Assembly: GCA_951406725.2 (NCBI GenBank)
Contig: OX597824.1
Location: forward strand, 186,001 to 250,000
DNA length: 64,000 nt
From: Octopus vulgaris
Lineage: Eukaryota
Reading direction: 5' to 3'
The translations under genes and the position numbers were made by a program. The notes under the pieces are model-generated. The model did not search any database and was not told where the DNA came from. It saw nothing but the letters and a program-made list of their open reading frames with translations. This document shows positions 54,246-64,000 of the stretch, piece after piece (position 1 is the stretch's first letter; each line of letters opens with the position of its first letter).

Positions 54246-54456
54246 TATTCTGTTGCGTCTGGGGAGAGTCGTTCTCTTTTAGTGCCTTATAATTTAACAC
54301 ACTCACCGGTAAAATTTCCACTCAATTCCTTTATTTTTTTTGCAAGACACAATGAAAATTTTAGAAAAAGAAGGAAATGAGTGGAAATTTTACCAGTGAG
54401 TGTGTTAAATTATAAGGCACTAAAACAGAATGACCCTCCCCAGACACAACAGAATT
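54246..54456. repeat. Inverted repeat, ~88-bp arms
   Basis: attctgttg.gtctgggga..ttttagtgccttataatttaacacactcac..gtaaaatttccactca is mirrored at 54370-54456. Confidence 0.85.
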
Positions 54457-54699
54457 TGTTTCACGTGTTCTGAGAAATATAAAGCTGTACTTTCCTAAAC
54501 CCCAAGTTTCTCTGGTAGTTGAAAACATTGGGAATGTGTGTGATGCTTGGATGCCAGGGAAATATGGCCTGAGTATCACCTGTGATACACAGGACAGGTA
54601 AAAAAGGGTTGAAAATCAATTCAACAACAACCATTGAGTGATATGGCAATGAGTTGGAGTTAGGACAATTATAACTTTTTTGGGTATTCAACCTCAGTT

Positions 54700-55048
54700 T
54701 TTTACTCTTTTACTTGTTTCAGTCATTTGACTGCAGCCATGCTGGAGCATCGCCTTTAGTTGAACAAATCAACCCCAGTACTTATTCCATGTCAGCATAG
54801 TACTTATTCTATCGGTCTCTTTTGCCGACCACTAAGTTACGGGGACGTAAACACACCAACATCAGTTGTCAAGCGATGGTGGAGACACACATATGATGGG
54901 CCTTTTTTCAGTTTCCGTCTACCAAATCTACTCACAAGGCTTTAGTCAGCCCGAAGCTATAATAGAAGACACTTTCCCAAGGCACCATGCAGTGGGACTG
55001 AACCTAGAACCATGTAGTTGCGAAGCAAGCTTCTTACCACACAGCCAC
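54700..55048 (-). mobile_element. SINE family B copy
   Basis: Matches 49755-50165. Confidence 0.8.
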
Positions 55049-55290
55049 TTTTGTGCTTTGTGGTTAAAAAGGAAACAAATTTTTTTTATCATTCCATCTG
55101 TATTGCAACATAAATATAATGAAGATCAAAGCATATTAAGATCTATTTCATCTTTAAAAATTAGGTTAATAGCTTGGTTCAATGAGTAGATTTTTTTTCT
55201 GTGGATCAAGTGATGGAATGTCCATCTTTGAAACAAATGGAAATCCATTGACTTCATTCTTTGAATCTGTATAAACCATTCTCATTCTAG

Positions 55291-55722
55291 AATATTACTA
55301 TTTTAAAATCTCATGTGAGATATTCAGCAACAGTACTTTGTAGTAAAGATTGTTTGCCAACATAACATGGCAGTCCTGGTTTAGGACGAATGTTGCTGTA
55401 ATTTAGCCCCAGGAAACATTGCCTCCAGCTGGCTATACAACATGATCTGTGTCCTTATATTTTCAAACAAGAGAATCTAGCGCCCCCACTCAGCTCAAAA
55501 CAATATCTGTGTATCGTGATTTCCGGATAATTTCCCTTCATCAGCACAGAATAATTGTTCGGCTAGAGGTAGCGCTGCCAAATTCCCATTCGAAATATAT
55601 AGTTTTCAAAGTGACAACTAGTCACTGATCTATAAATTAGAAAATTACTATTTTTAAATTTCACAACAAGAGATATTCAGCAACAGTACTTAGGAGTAAA
55701 GATTGTTTGCCAACATAGCATG
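55291..55722 (-). mobile_element. Terminally redundant ~350-bp unit with internal hammerhead (Penelope pLTR or non-LTR retrozyme-like)
   Basis: ~80-bp direct repeat (attactattt..gagatattcagcaacagtactt..gtaaagattgtttgccaacata.catg) at ~55291-55370 and ~55641-55722, enclosing the hammerhead. Confidence 0.6.
55506..55550 (-). ncRNA. Type I hammerhead ribozyme motif
   Basis: Minus strand reads tctgtg-CTGATGA-aggga(aatta)tccg-GAAA-tcacga-TA-cacaga: perfect 6-bp stem I, canonical core, short imperfect stem II, AUA triplet. Confidence 0.72.
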
Positions 55723-58444
55723 TTGCTGATGAGTTGTTAGTGCATCAGACAGGCTGCTTTGCTGTGTTTGTTCCAACTGTCTCCCCTCAGAGTTCAAATC
55801 CTGCCAAGGTCAGCTTCACTTCTCATACTTTCAGGGTTAATAAAAACAAGTACCAATCCAAGGTGGGTGGATTTGTGATTCTGTAAGAATGTTGGACTGT
55901 GAGTCTTGTTGTATATCTTCCGGTTCTTTTGTGTCCTGATTTCAAATCCTGCTGTGCTCTGCTTGGATTGTAGACTTAACCCATTGCCTGGTTGAACACC
56001 ACAACCTGACACCTTGGGTTCTTTTAGCAGAGTCCACTCTGATACTAGTATTTGAGCCAAGTTTCTAGTTTGCGGGAAGCTTCCATCCTCCCTTCCTTTT
56101 GCCAGTCTTGGAGACCCTGGGATAAGTCATGGGAACTTCCTTCCCTTCTGACATAAAGATTAAAACAATCTGGAGTTGGAAGAGATTAGATTGAAGATCA
56201 GTATTTTGCCTACGAGCACGCACACATGCACACGCACGCATGCACATGCACGCACATGCACGCATGCACATGCGCACATGCACGCATGCACACACACGCA
56301 TGCACACACACGCATGCACGTGCACGCATGCACAGCAGTTTCACAGTAAATGGATAATAGTTATAACTTCAGTGTAGAGGTAGAATAGTTTCTCTTCAGA
56401 ATAGTAATCACCCCCACCCCGTTGTATCGTAGACTAAGTAGACATGTAATCATGTCATTGTGACACCTGGTGGTGAATTAATGAAAGATATTATTACAAG
56501 GTAGTTAATTATTGATAATGATGATGTTGTAAGATTGTTGCCGATGATGATGATGATGATGACAGTGGTGGCGGTGGTGACATTTTAATCTTCTCTATGG
56601 AAGCTAATCACCAAAGAAGATTAGGCCAGGTGAAAATGCTGTTTTGTAAGAATACATTAATTTGTAGGTACGCGTGTGCGTGCATGATTTTTGTACTCTT
56701 ACTACAAAACATAGCGGAAAGTAGGAAGTGAGGTGGGGATTGGGCCCTTAATTAATTAAAAATGCATTCGATAGATTACTACTGTAATGAGTGAAAGTTT
56801 TCTGATATGTTAGTGTGTGTGTGTGTGTGTGCTTGTGCAGCTGTTAGTCTTTCTTTCGACTAATTACTATATATGTAATTAGTAGTGCTGCTGTCTCTTC
56901 ACATTGTTCATTATGCTTTATGCCCCCCCCCCCCCCGAATACTTGACTCTGACTTCATTTTATTATATAATCCAGCCAGATACTACCATTTGCTTAATGC
57001 TTTTATTACACACTTTATTATTATTATTTTTATTAGCAGTAGTAGTAGTAAGACTAGATATAGTAGTAAACTAGTAGTAGTAATAACACTGGTAGTAGGA
57101 GAATTATTGGTGGTGGTAGTAGTAGTAGTAACACTTGTGGTAGTGGCCTTTGGTTAGGGTGCTTGGTTCATGGTCACAATGTCATAGGTTCAATTCCTGG
57201 AGTGGGTAGCATACTGTGTCCTTGAGCAAGGTACTCCACTTTATGTTGTTTCAGTTTAATGAATACCAGTTAAATACTGGTGAAGTTCTCCTCCTCCTTT
57301 CACTCTCACATTCTGGAGTTTTGCTGAGTCAGAAGGTGAGAGAGTTGAGAGGGTTTCTAAGTTATCACATGACCCCACAGGCCCATAAAGCAGTTAGTGT
57401 TACCAAGACACTCATCCACAGATGACTGTCACTCCTGACTCATAATAATAATAATAATAATAATGATAGTGGCAGGAGAAGCAGTCACTGTATTTTCATC
57501 TCCAAATCATCGTATTTTGCTCCTTCCTTCCTGTCTCTATCATCTCTGGATGTCTGTCTTGTTGTCATCAATTTACATTTAAACCTAGTATAGTCTCTTT
57601 ATTTACGTTCTGAGTTCAAATCCTGCTGAGGATCGATTTGGCTTTCTTTCATATTTCTGGGGAGTAGAGGGGTAGGCAGTAAAGTGTATCACAAGCCAAT
57701 TACTGGTAAAGGTGGTGGTGGGGTGGATGGTGGGGATTGATCTTAAATTACCATCATCTCCATCAAGCTGACAAACCTTGTACCTAGTTTAGAAATAAAT
57801 AATTGTTTTACTTCTGCTTTCCATCCTGGCATGGGTTTGATGGATCATCTTGATCCAAATCAGTTTTTATGAGCCATCCACTGCTGTCGTTGATACAGGG
57901 GTAATGAGTTGATAAAGCAGTTGGCCAAACTGCCTTGTGGTATTTATTCCACCTTCTTGCATTCTGAATTCAAATCCCACCAAGAATAAACTTTGCTATT
58001 CATCATTCTGGTGTTAATAAATAAATTACGAATCTTAAATGGTGGATTGGGAGATTTATCAGCGTATCAGCTGGGATGCCTGGCAACATTTGTTCTTTGC
58101 TTCTTATGTTCTGAGTTCAAATCTTGCTGTGGCCTATGTGGATGGTAAGTCTAATCCATCTCCTATCTTAGCACTACTACCACCTGCTCCTTGGCATTCA
58201 TTCTGTTGCAAGCAATCAAGTCAGGATTTCAGTGTGCAGATAACTTCTCTTTTTCTCACCAGCCTTAGAAACCCTGTCATGGATGGCTTTCGTCCACCCC
58301 ACCCCCACCTCCCTGCTTGCAATAAGCAAAATAAGGGTAGAATCTGCATGGCTTTGGGTTCAGATTTAGTTTGACAAATGTCTTGTACTGTAAACCCAGG
58401 TTGACCAATTCCTTGTGAGTGGAATTGTTAGCTGGAAGCTATAT

Positions 58445-58648
58445 TTATTTCTTTATTGCCCACAGGGGGCTAAACATAGAGGGGACAAACAAGGACAGAC
58501 AAAAGGATTAAGTCGATTACATCGACTCCAATACTTAATTTATTAACCCTAAAAGGATGAAAGGCAAAGTCGACCTTGGCAGAATTTGAACTCAGAATGT
58601 AATGGCAGACAAAATACCGCTAAGCATTTTGCCTGGCGTGCTAACGAT
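58445..58648 (-). mobile_element. SINE family A copy
   Basis: Reverse complement of the 61043-type sequence. Confidence 0.8.
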
Positions 58649-60073
58649 TATGGAAATTATATTGAAGCCAATCGTGCACATGCATGTGTGTGCTTGTGTG
58701 TATGTGTATATATATATATGTGTGTGTGTATGTATATATTGTGTGTGTGTGTGTGTGATGTTTTCACATGAAATCACTTGAGCAAAAACTGTGACTTTCT
58801 GTTGACAATTCCCAATCAGCAAATTGCCAGTAGCAACAGTTTTTGTTTCAACTCCACAGCCCTGCTCTGCAGCTGGACTCATTTGTGAACCCTCTGCATC
58901 CCATCTCTGTGGGAACACACCTTGTAACACTTTGTTTTGACATAATTCCACCAGCTTAGAATATTTCCATCTCTTCCTCCCAAATGCCTCTGTGGTATGG
59001 TTTCCCCACAAAAGGCAGAGTTTCCTGTATTTCAGAAACACAAGGTGAATTTTTGTCTTGTGCATGGCAGAGTTTGTTCTTTGCCAAACTATACTTGAAA
59101 GTTAAGAACCCCTCAGAATCACAAAACCATGAAATATTTGTCAAATATACAATGTTACTTTTGTTTATAAATTTCAAGTTGTTGTTGTTGAGCTCCTGGT
59201 CAGATCTGATCATGCAGGCTTACGATCAAAGCCATTCCAACCATGACCAAGCTGTCTTAAACCTCTTCAAATTGCCCACCTTCACCCTCACCTCATCCAA
59301 GACTGCTCCTGGTTTTGATGTACAAACTTTTTTCGTTTTAAAAAGATCTCAAGCAAAAACCTATCAAAATTTCATCTTAGATCCCAGTTTATTTTACTAA
59401 ATTCTTCACTATTTTCAAAATTTTCACCCAAGTAGGCCATGGGGCTGCTGGTGGTGGATTTGAACTCAGAATGCAAAGAACCAGAGCAAGTATCACAAGG
59501 CATCACTAATCCAAGGCTTTGGATTGATACTTATTTATTGACACCCCAAGGATAAACAACATTGTTGACCTTGGTAAAATCTGAACTCAGATCACAGAGA
59601 ATTCGAACAAATACTGTGAGATATTCTATCCAATGCTCCAACAACTCTGCTAATTTGCTGCTCATAAGTAAAATATCATGCTTAATTACTGAACAGGGTG
59701 CATAGCTTGGAGATCAGGGTGTCTCTCTGGGTCAGGCCACTACTTCTCTGCTTTGAGCAGTCTCAGCTCTGGCATTACAGACTTGTGATTAGAATGTTAC
59801 CGGAAAGAATCAGCAGACAGATTCTTTAAGCTGAGCTAATCAAGAACAAAATAATTGGAGAATATGCTTAGTTTGGTCACACTTAGGAATTCCATCTGGA
59901 AAGTCTAAGGATGGTTGCTTCTGATAGGACCCTATGAAACCATTTCCTAAGGACTGTATTCCCACAACCCTTCCAGGGATAGTCAACAGAAAAGATAAAT
60001 GAATGGAATTAAGAAATAACTAGGCAATTAATTCAATTCCCTGATGATTTAATTTCTGTTTGTTTCCTCACAG

Positions 60074-60351
60074 ATGTTGTTGATTTGATTGGATTTTTGC
60101 AACAATCAGAAAATTATTTTGAAAATCAGCCGGATATGAAGAAAGATCTCTATCAGCTCTCAGTTTTATTCCACAACCCACGATTCCAGACAGCTGTGAA
60201 GATACACAACAAAGTCATTGCTTCTTCCAGTTGCAAATCTGTCTCAAATGCATCGTATCAACACCTTCTGAGGATCTTGGATTTGAGGGATCATTGTACA
60301 GACACTACCTGTATAGAACTCTTCAACATCATAAACGAACCAAATTTTCAG
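60074..60351 (+). CDS. MPP5: Coding exon (278 nt, phase 1-0) of the same MPP5/PALS1-like gene: L27N domain and start of L27C
   Basis: Acceptor ttcctcacag (AG 60072-60073) and donor GTAAGC at 60352. Phase matches the previous exon (a|at = Asn). It encodes VVDLIGFLQQSENYFENQPDMKKDLYQLSVLFHNPRFQTAVKIHNKV..IELFNIINEPNFQ, resembling PALS1 [45 protein letters not shown]. The gene continues beyond the window (PDZ, SH3 and GUK exons not seen). Confidence 0.9.
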
Positions 60352-60416
60352 GTAAGCAATTTCTTCTGGGAATATGGAAAACCATTAAATTTATAAAAAG
60401 AAATTTATTGAATTAA

Positions 60417-60714
60417 AAAGAACGCCCTGATGGGATAACCTTCTTCTCTTTTGAAGGAAACAGATCTCTAGTCAGGGACATGACATGCAGCGATGTGGTC
60501 TCTGGCTCCAATCTTGCAGCTTCTGCTGCCAAAACCTTGTATTGCTGCCTGTAATGCAGAGGAGAGAAAGATCGATAAATACGGCAACCTGATTGACCGC
60601 TATTATTTTGTGCTGGTCACTGTTGAGACCTCGGGTGTTCTAGGACCCCACACTACTGATTTCCTCTGCAAAGTAGGGATAACAGTGGCCCATCGGAGAA
60701 ATGAGCCCTGAAAG
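60417..60714 (+). mobile_element. Decayed C-terminal restriction-like endonuclease fragment of a CRE-type non-LTR retrotransposon
   Basis: Translates as RPDGITFFSFEGNRSLVRDMTCSD..AASAAK [frameshift ~60533] PCIAACNAEERKIDKYGNLIDRYYFVLVTVETSGVLGP. This matches the RPDG..D.T..AE..K..KY....F.P...ET.G..G pattern of CRE-clade RLE domains. Confidence 0.72.
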
Positions 60715-61042
60715 ATGGAGTGGTTGTTACATCCCATTTATTCTGGGATATGTAGCCTATTTCCCCACCTCTTCAACTCTCTTCCACTACTTTACCCTCC
60801 CCCTTTTTCTTTTTTTTCCCTTTCTCATTTTGCTTTCTTCTTTCTTTGTATTTGAATGTTCTCATAAAATATGTTATATGACTACAAAAATGTAGACATA
60901 CTGAAAAGAAGAATTTAAAGAAATGAACATTCTGTTCACTGAATTCTAATTAGACAATCAATTATAAGAAAACACAAATGAGATGATATCTAGTTCCATG
61001 TACTTCTACATATACACATTTGTATGGATACATATAAATAAA

Positions 61043-61460
61043 GGCGGCAGGCTGCCAGAAACGTTAGCACGCCGGACGAAATGCGTAGCCATATTTTGTC
61101 TGCCGTTACGTTCTGAGTTCAAATTCCGCCAAGGTCAACTTTGCCTTTCATCCTTTTGGGGTCGATAAATTAAGTACCAGTTACGCACTGGGGTCGATGT
61201 AATCGACTTAATACCTATGTCTGTCCTTGTTTGTCCCCGCTGTGGTTAGCCCCTTGTGGGTAGTAAAGAAACAGGTATTTCATCTGCCGTTACGTTCTGA
61301 GTTCAAATTCTGTCGAGGTTGACTTTGCCTTTCATCCTTTTGGGGTCGATTAAATAAGTATCAGTTACACACTGGGGTTAATCTAATCGACTTAATTCTT
61401 TTATCTGTCTTTGTTTGTCCCCTCTGTTTAGCCCCCCCTCCCCCCGTGGGAATAAAGAAA
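61043..61460 (+). mobile_element. tRNA-derived SINE family A with tandemly duplicated body
   Basis: ggcggcaggctgccagaaacgttagcacgccgg..GAGTTCAAATTCC..ctttgcctttcatccttttggggtcgataaattaagtaccagt; the body repeats at ~61275-61460. Confidence 0.85.
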
Positions 61461-61592
61461 TGTATGTGTATATATATATATGTGTGTGTGTGTGCATTAA
61501 GACTACATACATACATACATACATCATTAGTAACTCATAAATCCAGAAGAGAAGTGCACTCTAAGATATAGAGCAGTAGAGTATTTAGATAA

Positions 61593-61751
61593 AGATAGTA
61601 ATGACCAGTTCATAGGGTTACTCGGGGTTAAGGTTTATGCGTCCATAAAGCATTTGGCTTTAGGCTTTAGGGTCTCATGAGACGTGTATAAAGCTAAGTG
61701 CTTTACAGATGTGAAACCCTGGGTAACTCTATGGACTGGCCATAACTATCT
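61593..61751. repeat. ~160-nt imperfect hairpin/foldback
   Basis: agatagtaatgaccagttcatagggttactcggggtt pairs with aaccctgggtaactctatggactggccataactatct; inner taaagcatttggcttta pairs with taaagctaagtgcttta. Confidence 0.75.
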
Positions 61752-61874
61752 AAATTGGATGATTTGTGTTTGTCACTGATATATTTCTGAGCTTTTTAAC
61801 ACTATACATTTATAAGAGATGCTATCTTGGTATGAGTTTATAAGGCTTTCAGTGGTGTATCTGCTTTAAGTATG

Positions 61875-61928
<54 letters not shown>

Positions 61929-62494
61929 ATAGCAGGTTTCTTTCAGTTTCTGTCTTTCAAATCCCTACTCACACATGCACTAACATTTACTATGGGATAT
62001 ACCCAAGGATTTTAGCTATCACTACATTGATAATTTAATTAGATTAAATGAATTAAATACAGAAATAAATTAATTTGTTTAATGCATGAGACAGCTATAA
62101 AGATATTCATGTATATTATACAACCTCATTGGCATAATAAACCTTTTTAACTGTCTCATGTGTCTAATAAATTAATCTAATTTAATTAATTTATAAATAT
62201 AGTTATAGCTAAAACACAGCAACAGCTAAAATCTTTCAGTGGATCACATATAATCATCATCTTTATTCTAACGTCCACTTTTCCATGCTTGCATGGATCT
62301 GACAAAATTTGCTGGGACAGATTTTCCAACTAAAGTAAGATTTAACCTTGGCCAGACATGTTTTTCAAAAAAACCGGAAACAAACAGTGTTGCATGTATG
62401 AAGGTGAGGCTTGTTTACAAATCTCATATGATGTTAAGACACGAGCACACACTAACACATTCATGCCTGGACACACACATACACAATGCACATA

Positions 62495-62921
62495 CAGTAA
62501 TCCCTTGACTGCTGTGGGTGTTATGTTCCAAAACCTCTGCAAAAGGTGAAAATCTGTGAAATGGAAATAGTACTGAATATATTTTTCATCATTTCGTAAT
62601 TTGTATATCTTTAATTTTGTTATAATTGCAAAAGGATTCTTTGTTTACTCATCTATGGTACTCTACATATTTTCTTTTAATATTTTCTAATTAAGGTGTT
62701 ATACAGTGCAGTGCTGTGCTCTATTTTTATTAATTAATTTATCAATTTTTAGGTGTGAAAATGCTTATTTTACCATAGAAATAATTAAAATCTACATATC
62801 GGCTGCAGAAACCCGCGATATACTGAGGAGTCTGTGATATAAATTTACATCTATTATCCAGAAAAGTCTGCAACATACTGAGTGTGTGATGGGTGAATCG
62901 CGATATGGCAAGGGGTTACTG
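62495..62921. mobile_element. Tigger/pogo-like (Tc1-mariner) MITE
   Basis: TA|cagtaatcccttg .. caaggggttactg|TA. Confidence 0.78.
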
Positions 62922-63381
62922 TACTTATATATAATATATGCATGTACAACAGGCTTCTTTCAGTTTCTCTTTACCATTCACAAGACTTTAGTTGGCCTGG
63001 AGCTATAATAGAAAGCACTTGCCTGGGGTGTTGTGCAATGGAACTGAACCAGAAACCACAGAGTTAGGGAACACTTTTCTTAACAATACAACTATGCATG
63101 TACTTATATATATATACATATATATGTACATACATTTATTCATACACACACATGTGTGTGCACACATATATATATATATATTCATACACACACATGCTTA
63201 AGTAATTAAATATTCTCTTTAGGCCAGCTAACAACCAATGTCAGTTGAATGTCTTAATATGCATCTTGTTTCACACTTCTCCCACCTAATCCTTCCCTTC
63301 CCTATTGTGTATATTAACCCACACCTCTTGACCTCAGTGTCTCCCTCCCTTCCATTGACTGTTATAGTTCAGGTATGTATA

Positions 63382-63972
63382 TCTCTATATATAAAACTGA
63401 AATGCGTTTTTACCGCTTGGATGGCTTTCAATGCCACTACGTCCCGTCCGATTCGCTCCAAAATTTACAGGGACATGTAGAATGAGGTGACGATGCCCAT
63501 GGGCTACCTTACAAATCCCTAGCTTAAAAGGTGTGGTTGCTAGGGGCCATCTTCCTCACTCACGCTATTTCCTCCATTCACCCTCTCACTCCCGTTATTT
63601 AATGTAAAGTCTTCCTCAAATCACTCTCTCGCTATTTCCTCTCTTCCAAGAACATTTTCACCCACTCTATCTCTTAGCTTCCCATACATTTTACTCATGT
63701 ATCTGTATGCGTTCATAGACAGAAACAAATATTCCATCGCATCGCATTCTATTGTCTACCTGTCAACACACACACACACATACACACACATATATACATA
63801 TATCTAATATTATATTTTTATGTTTTTGTTTTTTTACTGTTTTATTTGCCTATTAGTGGTTTTATCTCTAATTTAATTTCTACAGTGTGCACACACATAC
63901 ACACCTATATGTGGCCCCAGTAGACCCGAATGAAATCGGGTTCAATTCATCAAAATGTGAAAAGGGGTCTAG
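63382..63972 (+). mobile_element. Second, internally deleted copy of the same Helitron-like family
   Basis: Starts A|TCtctatatataaaactgaaatgcg. Shares ctccaaaatttacagggacatgta.aatgaggtga, tttgcctattagtggttttatctctaatttaattt and gtggccccagtagacccgaatgaaatcgggtt with 7850-8940. Confidence 0.7.
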
Positions 63973-64000
63973 AATTATCATTGCCACAACTTATGTATAT

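Larger units (their letters stand above)
41998..60073 (+). other. 18,076-bp GT-AG phase-1 intron of the MPP5-like gene
   Basis: Canonical ends and matching phase. The spliced peptide ..YMTKNI-N-VVDL.. is colinear with PALS1, so no intervening exon is needed. Confidence 0.8.

Noticed and set aside
58984-59400. 138-aa ORF (and 157-aa antisense ORF 58592-59065) as an extra exon or gene
   Set aside because: Overlaps repeat fragments, has no domain similarity, and is not required by the PALS1 colinearity.

Overview
AT-rich, microsatellite-saturated animal genomic DNA, not prokaryotic. The abundant tRNA-derived SINE families and (TA)n/(CA)n/(CT)n density resemble an octopus (coleoid cephalopod) genome; this assignment is an inference. 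The only well-supported protein-coding content is two + strand exons of an MPP5/PALS1/Stardust-type MAGUK polarity gene. Exon 41044-41997 carries the Par6-binding HREMAVDCP motif and the coiled-coil/ECR2 region, and exon 60074-60351 carries L27 domain sequence; they are joined by an 18,076-bp phase-1 intron. Nearly all other ORFs in the track are microsatellite or repeat artefacts. The rest is intronic/intergenic: several SINE families (some with clear TSDs), non-autonomous Helitron-like elements, hAT/piggyBac/Tigger-like MITEs, a decayed RTE-like LINE, and a CRE-type RLE retroelement fragment. The most interesting signals are: (1) minimal type I hammerhead ribozyme motifs, one pair in a perfect 161-bp-arm palindrome (one per strand) and one inside a ~350-bp terminally redundant retrozyme-like unit; (2) a 954-nt, stop-free, phase-symmetric exon flanked by inverted SINEs (cassette exon or circRNA candidate); (3) a ~9-kb CpG-retaining domain that may mark the promoter region.
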